NCBI RefSeq assembly: GCF_051201565.1
Contig: NZ_CP179200.1
Coordinates: 1,650,001 to 1,682,000, forward strand
DNA from: Pseudothioglobus sp. nBUS_23
GTDB taxonomy: Bacteria; Pseudomonadota; Gammaproteobacteria; PS1; Pseudothioglobaceae
Length of the DNA stretch: 32,000 nt
Reading direction: 5' to 3'
In this document: one piece after another, positions 27,813 to 32,000 of the stretch
Numbering within the stretch: position 1 is the first letter of the stretch
Layout: each line of letters starts with the position of its first letter
Notes under the pieces: generated by a model
Seen by the model: only the letters and a program-made list of their open reading frames with translations
Databases searched by the model: none
Told to the model about the DNA's origin: nothing
Made by a program: the position numbers and the translations under genes

Positions 27813-29018
27813 ATGAACATGCCAAGAACAATTCACATTCCTAATGGTGAGAATATAGTTCACACATTTAGTGATGAAGAATACCAAAATAGACAAAGAA
27901 AACTAAGGGCACATATGGCTCAAAGCAATATAGACACAGTAATCTTTACCTCTATACATGGCATCAATTACTACAGTGACTTCCTTTACTGTTCTTTTGG
28001 GAGGCCATACGCACTGGTTGTTACTCAAGATAAAGTAACTTCGGTGACAGCAAATATTGATGGTGGTCAGCCATTCAGAAGAACGTTTGGAGACAACCTG
28101 GTTTATACAGACTGGCAAAAGGATAGCTTTTTTTACGCACTACAGCAGATTGTGAATAATGGTGGAAAAATCGGGATTGAGTTTGATCATATCACCAAGG
28201 AGCGTCTAGATAAACTCCAGGCTGCATTTGACCAATCACAATTTATTGATATTTCTGTTGACTGCATGAAAATGCGATCAGTTAAATCAGATGAAGAAAT
28301 AGCTCACATTATTCAGGGTGCTAACGTTTGTGATATTGGTGGGGCGGCTCTTGTTGAAGCGATTAAAGAGGGCGTTCCTGAGCACGAAGTGGCTCTTCAC
28401 TCTACTCAAGCTATGGTTCGAGAAATTGCTAAACGCTATCCTCACTCAGAGCTCATGGATACCTGGACTTGGTTTCAGTCTGGAATCAATACTGATGGTG
28501 CGCATAACCCTGTGACAACAAGAAAAGTTCAAAAAGGAGACATCCTCAGTCTTAACTGTTTTTCAATGATTGCGGGCTACTATGTTGCACTTGAAAGAAC
28601 CCTGTTTTATGACCATGTTGATGATGAGTCATTGAGGCTTTGGGAGATCAATGTAAAAGTTCATGAAGAGGGGATGAAACTAATCAAGCCAGGGGTTGCT
28701 TGCAAAGATATAGCTCTTGAACTTAATAAAATTTTTGAAGAGTATGGCTTGCTTGAAAGTAGAACATTTGGCTATGGCCATTCATTTGGTGTTCTATCTC
28801 ATTACTATGGCCGTGAAGCAGGCGTAGAACTGAGAGAAGATATCGATACCGTCCTTCAAAAAAATATGGTCGTATCCATGGAGCCTATGATCATGATTCC
28901 TGAAGGTAAACCTGGTGCCGGAGGCTACAGAGAGCATGATGTGATGGTTTTGACTGAGGACAGTGCATATGACATCACTAAGTTTCCGTTTGGGCCAGAG
29001 CATAACATTATCAAGTAG
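27813..29018 (+). CDS. Creatinase (creatine amidinohydrolase), M24 pita-bread fold
   Basis: 401-aa ORF nearly collinear with Pseudomonas putida creatinase as recalled: YSDFLYCSFGRPYALVVT, ANIDGGQP, MDTWTWFQSGINTDGAHNPVTTRKV.KGDILSLNCF.MIAGYY.ALERTLF, RTFGYGHSFG.LSHYYGREAG.ELREDIDTVL, GAGGYREHD. Confidence 0.92.
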   Translation: MNMPRTIHIPNGENIVHTFSDEEYQNRQRKLRAHMAQSNIDTVIFTSIHGINYYSDFLYCSFGRPYALVVTQDKVTSVTANIDGGQPFRRTFGDNLVYTDWQKDSFFYALQQIVNNGGKIGIEFDHITKERLDKLQAAFDQSQFIDISVDCMKMRSVKSDEEIAHIIQGANVCDIGGAALVEAIKEGVPEHEVALHSTQAMVREIAKRYPHSELMDTWTWFQSGINTDGAHNPVTTRKVQKGDILSLNCFSMIAGYYVALERTLFYDHVDDESLRLWEINVKVHEEGMKLIKPGVACKDIALELNKIFEEYGLLESRTFGYGHSFGVLSHYYGREAGVELREDIDTVLQKNMVVSMEPMIMIPEGKPGAGGYREHDVMVLTEDSAYDITKFPFGPEHNIIK

Positions 29019-29036
29019 CATCACTCCTATTAAGAA

Positions 29037-29807
29037 ATGCTAAACATAGAATATTCCGAACTACTCACTGAATTGCGAGAAGTGGCTAGAGACGCTGGCA
29101 GTGAAATAATGAAGATCTATGAAAGTTCTATTGATGTTAACTATAAGCATGATGGATCGCCGGTTACTCTTGCAGATGAGGCTGCTGAAAAAGTCATCTT
29201 AAGTAGACTCAAAAAAATCACTCCTGACATCCCAATAGTATCTGAAGAGAATACCAATAGCCATAAATTAGAGGCTAGTAATCAATTTTTTCTGATTGAT
29301 CCGCTTGATGGAACAAAAGAGTTTCTAAAGAAAGATGGCCTTGGTTCTTTTACTGTGAATATTGGCCTTATTGAAAATGGCATCCCAACTTTAGGGGTTG
29401 TTTTTGCACCAGCACTTAATCGTATGTTCTTTGCATCAATCTCGACAGGCGCTTTTGAGGAGTCAGCGAGTGACACTAAGGAGATTAAAATAAGAGCGGT
29501 TCCAAATTCTGGCCCTGTAGCCGTTGCGAGTGTATCTCATCGTGATGAGACCACAGATGAATGGCTAACAATTAACAATGTCAACAAAACCATTTCAATA
29601 GGCTCATCATTGAAATTTTGTCTGGTGGCCTGTGGTGAAGCAGATGTATATCCTAGATTTGGCCCAACAATGGAGTGGGATACTGCAGCGGGAGATGCTG
29701 TATTAAGGTCCGCAGGTGGCAAAGTCTTAATGCCGAATAGCGAACCATTCAATTATGGCAAACAAAGCTATAGAAATAGCGCTTTTATTGCACATGGAAA
29801 TTTTTAA
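29037..29807 (+). CDS. cysQ: 3'(2'),5'-bisphosphate nucleotidase (inositol monophosphatase family)
   Basis: 256-aa ORF with motifs VSEEN, LIDPLDGTKEF and WDTAAGDAVL. It lies 18 nt downstream of creatinase on the same strand. Confidence 0.8.
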   Translation: MLNIEYSELLTELREVARDAGSEIMKIYESSIDVNYKHDGSPVTLADEAAEKVILSRLKKITPDIPIVSEENTNSHKLEASNQFFLIDPLDGTKEFLKKDGLGSFTVNIGLIENGIPTLGVVFAPALNRMFFASISTGAFEESASDTKEIKIRAVPNSGPVAVASVSHRDETTDEWLTINNVNKTISIGSSLKFCLVACGEADVYPRFGPTMEWDTAAGDAVLRSAGGKVLMPNSEPFNYGKQSYRNSAFIAHGNF

Positions 29808-29826
29808 TTGAAGTTCTAGAGCTGAC

Positions 29827-30345
29827 CTAGCTCTCGTATGAATAAATCTCTACCATCATCTCATCAGCTATAAGCTCGAGCTTGTCTCTGACAAGATGCT
29901 CATCAAGATCACTAGGTATATGAAGTGTAATTTGAGCCTTAAAAAGCTGCTCTCCTGACATCGAGGCATCAATAATTTCAGTCTTTAACTCTTCAACATT
30001 AGCTTTCAACTCGTCCGCCAAAACGTGGGAAAGTTTATTAATAATTCCAACATGATTTTGCCCAATAAGCTCGATGCTATAACTTTTAACATTACTCAGC
30101 TCATCAATTGGCAGAGTTTCCTCACAAGCAATTTGAAGACCTAAAGATGCGGAAGTTAAATCTTTTTTTAGTTTAGAAGCGTCACTTGATGGCACGTTGA
30201 CTTTAAGAATTCCAGCGAATTTGCCTTCAAAACTAGACATATTGCTCTCAATCCAGTCACCATTGTTTGAAACAATAATCTTTGACAGGCCGTCAACAAG
30301 CCCAGGCTTATCGTCTCCCAAAACGCTAATCAAAAATGATTTCAT
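29827..30345 (-). CDS. gcvR: Tandem-ACT-domain protein, GcvR-like (glycine cleavage system regulatory protein)
   Basis: 172-aa ORF with two ACT-like halves beginning LISVLGDDKPGLV and IELIGQNHVGII. It sits 6 nt downstream of gcvP on the same strand. The layout resembles E. coli GcvR. Confidence 0.55.
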   Translation of the reverse strand: MKSFLISVLGDDKPGLVDGLSKIIVSNNGDWIESNMSSFEGKFAGILKVNVPSSDASKLKKDLTSASLGLQIACEETLPIDELSNVKSYSIELIGQNHVGIINKLSHVLADELKANVEELKTEIIDASMSGEQLFKAQITLHIPSDLDEHLVRDKLELIADEMMVEIYSYES

Positions 30346-30351
30346 AAAAGT

Positions 30352-32000
30352 CTACTTATAATCTTCAATACTTGGACAAGAACAAACTAAATTCTTATCA
30401 CCATAGACATTATCCACTCTAGAAACTGGCGGCCAGTACTTCACTCGCCTTAAACTCTCGACAGGATATGCTGCCTCTTCCCTGGAATACGAAAACTCCC
30501 ATTGGGTTGATGTTACCATTTCTAAAGTGTGTGGCGAATTAATTAATGGATTATCTTCTGTAGAATATTCACCCGACTCAACCTTCTTGATTTCTTTTCT
30601 TATTTGAATCATTGCCTCACAGAACCGATCAAGCTCATCCAAAGACTCAGACTCTGTTGGCTCAATCATCAACGTTCCAGCAACTGGAAAAGACATTGTA
30701 GGGGCATGAAAACCAAAATCTATTAGACGCTTAGCGACATCATCAACGCTTATTCCTACTGAGTCTTTAATCGGTCTAATATCAATAATACACTCGTGTG
30801 CGATCCGTCCATTCTCATCACTATAAAGAATCGGATAGTGCTCCCCGAGTCGCTTAGCGATATAGTTTGCATTTAGGATAGCGTTGCATGTTGACTCATA
30901 AAGGCCATCTTTTCCGAGCATTGCGATGTACATCCAACTTATAGGGAGGATACTGCCTGATCCCCAAGGGGCACCTGAAATACTACCAACATCAGTATTA
31001 TTGAGTGGCGTTCTTGGTAAAAAATCTATAAGATGTTCTTTCACTCCAATTGGGCCGACACCCGGACCCCCTCCACCGTGAGGTATAGCAAACGTTTTGT
31101 GAAGATTCAGGTGAGAAACATCCCCGCCAAACTCCCCTGGAGCAGAGAGCCCAACCATAGCATTCATATTCGCGCCGTCAATATATACTTGGCCGCCTGC
31201 ATCATGAACAATATCACATACCTCTCTCACATCTTTTTCAAAAACACCATGAGTAGAAGGATATGTAATCATTATTGCAGCTAGATTTTCTTCATGCTCT
31301 TTCGTTTTTGCTCTTAAATCATCAAGATCAATATTGCCATCATCTGTACTATCAATCACTATAACTTTCATTCCAGCCATCTGAGCAGAAGCAGGATTTG
31401 TGCCATGAGCTGATGATGGAATCAAACAGATATTTCGATTTTCATCACCCCTGCTTCGATGATATCCTCTTATTGCAATTAATCCAGCATACTCTCCTTG
31501 CGCACCAGAGTTGGGCTGAAGTGAAATTGCTGAATAACCAGTCGCCTCACACAACATCTCCTCAAGCTCACTAATCATTTGCTGGTAACCAATCACCTGG
31601 TTCATAGGAACAGCGGGATGAATTTGAGAAAATTCTGGCCAACTCACTGGAATCAATTCTGCTGCTGCGTTCAGTTTCATTGTGCAAGAGCCCAACGGAA
31701 TCATAGAACGATCGAGTGCGATATCTTTATCTCCCAGATAACGAATATATCTCATCATGTTGGTTTCCGAGCGATAAGTATTAAAAACATCATGCGTCAG
31801 AAAATCAGATTCCCTCTTTAAATTCTTTTTGATTTTTGATTTATTTTTTTCAAATAATAACTGTGCGCTCAATTCAGACTCAGTATTGAAAATTCTCCAT
31901 AAGAACTCTATGTCTTCAGGAGTACTGAGCTCATCAAATGAAACTGAGACAAGGGTTTTACTGAATACATTAATGTTGTAGCCATTTTTTTCAGCTTGCA
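30352..32000 (-). CDS. gcvP: Glycine dehydrogenase (decarboxylating), single-chain P-protein; 5'-truncated by window edge
   Basis: PLP-lysine motif [19 protein letters not shown] is present. The track starts this ORF at a TTG (31872). I translated the same frame upstream, and it stays open to position 32000 (...[47 protein letters not shown]...). That sequence reads like the linker/N-terminal half of a roughly 950-aa GcvP. Confidence 0.9.
   Translation of the reverse strand, partial: QAEKNGYNINVFSKTLVSVSFDELSTPEDIEFLWRIFNTESELSAQLLFEKNKSKIKKNLKRESDFLTHDVFNTYRSETNMMRYIRYLGDKDIALDRSMIPLGSCTMKLNAAAELIPVSWPEFSQIHPAVPMNQVIGYQQMISELEEMLCEATGYSAISLQPNSGAQGEYAGLIAIRGYHRSRGDENRNICLIPSSAHGTNPASAQMAGMKVIVIDSTDDGNIDLDDLRAKTKEHEENLAAIMITYPSTHGVFEKDVREVCDIVHDAGGQVYIDGANMNAMVGLSAPGEFGGDVSHLNLHKTFAIPHGGGGPGVGPIGVKEHLIDFLPRTPLNNTDVGSISGAPWGSGSILPISWMYIAMLGKDGLYESTCNAILNANYIAKRLGEHYPILYSDENGRIAHECIIDIRPIKDSVGISVDDVAKRLIDFGFHAPTMSFPVAGTLMIEPTESESLDELDRFCEAMIQIRKEIKKVESGEYSTEDNPLINSPHTLEMVTSTQWEFSYSREEAAYPVESLRRVKYWPPVSRVDNVYGDKNLVCSCPSIEDYK

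Noticed and set aside
14075-29018. Catabolic region as a horizontally acquired genomic island
   Set aside because: There are no flanking tRNA, integrase, transposase or direct repeats. Base composition and gene packing look, by eye, the same as in the housekeeping half. I therefore treat it as a functional cluster, not a mobile island.
29818-29834. Hairpin AGAGCT-gacct-AGCTCT between convergent cysQ and the gcvR-like gene, as a possible bidirectional terminator
   Set aside because: It has only a 6-bp stem, no adjacent U-tract in either direction, and it overlaps the gcvR-like stop codon. That is too weak to call a terminator.
31033-31821. 83-aa and 80-aa plus-strand ORFs inside gcvP
   Set aside because: They are antisense shadow ORFs within the conserved P-protein gene. 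The same reasoning applies to the other short track ORFs nested in soxA, soxB, the reductase, DMT1, hyuAB, DUF1989, creatinase, cysQ, lptA, dsbB and the HAD hydrolase gene (yrfG; ORF 7842..8057).
1-32000. CRISPR arrays, tandem or interspersed repeats, rRNA/tRNA genes, prophage or defence-system genes
   Set aside because: None were seen on reading the sequence and the ORF track. Every sizeable ORF is accounted for by metabolic or housekeeping families.

Overview
AT-rich, very tightly packed bacterial chromosome segment. Many genes overlap by 4-26 nt. I saw no rRNA, tRNA, CRISPR, transposase or integrase. Gene content and local synteny (small lipoprotein-lysA, nudE/yrfG, lptC-lptA, soxBDAG) look like a streamlined, probably marine, Gammaproteobacterium; that taxon call is inference only. 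Positions 1-14 kb are housekeeping genes: yhbY, lysA, aat, nudE, leuB, cysS, a PFK, adk, lptCA, thiE, cfa and dsbB. Two short genes are missing from the ORF track, a 54-aa rubredoxin and a 43-aa lipoprotein. Positions 14-32 kb form a functionally coherent methylated-amine/guanidino catabolic region. On the minus strand lies one close-packed run: FNR/2Fe-2S reductase, soxB, soxD, soxA, soxG and a PhnZ-like HD-domain protein. Next comes a divergent DMT permease. On the plus strand follow a 1207-aa fused HyuA/HyuB ATP-dependent hydantoinase/oxoprolinase, a singleton DUF1989 protein, a second DMT permease, a clear creatinase and cysQ. The region ends with a GcvR-like ACT protein and the C-terminal part of a single-chain glycine decarboxylase (gcvP), which runs off the window edge. 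The best candidate for something undescribed is the HyuAB-DUF1989-DMT-creatinase unit. It contains none of the canonical creatinine deaminase, creatininase or N-carbamoylsarcosine amidase genes, and it feeds sarcosine oxidase and glycine cleavage. All functional calls rest on my reading of the translated ORFs against remembered family signatures; no database search was run.
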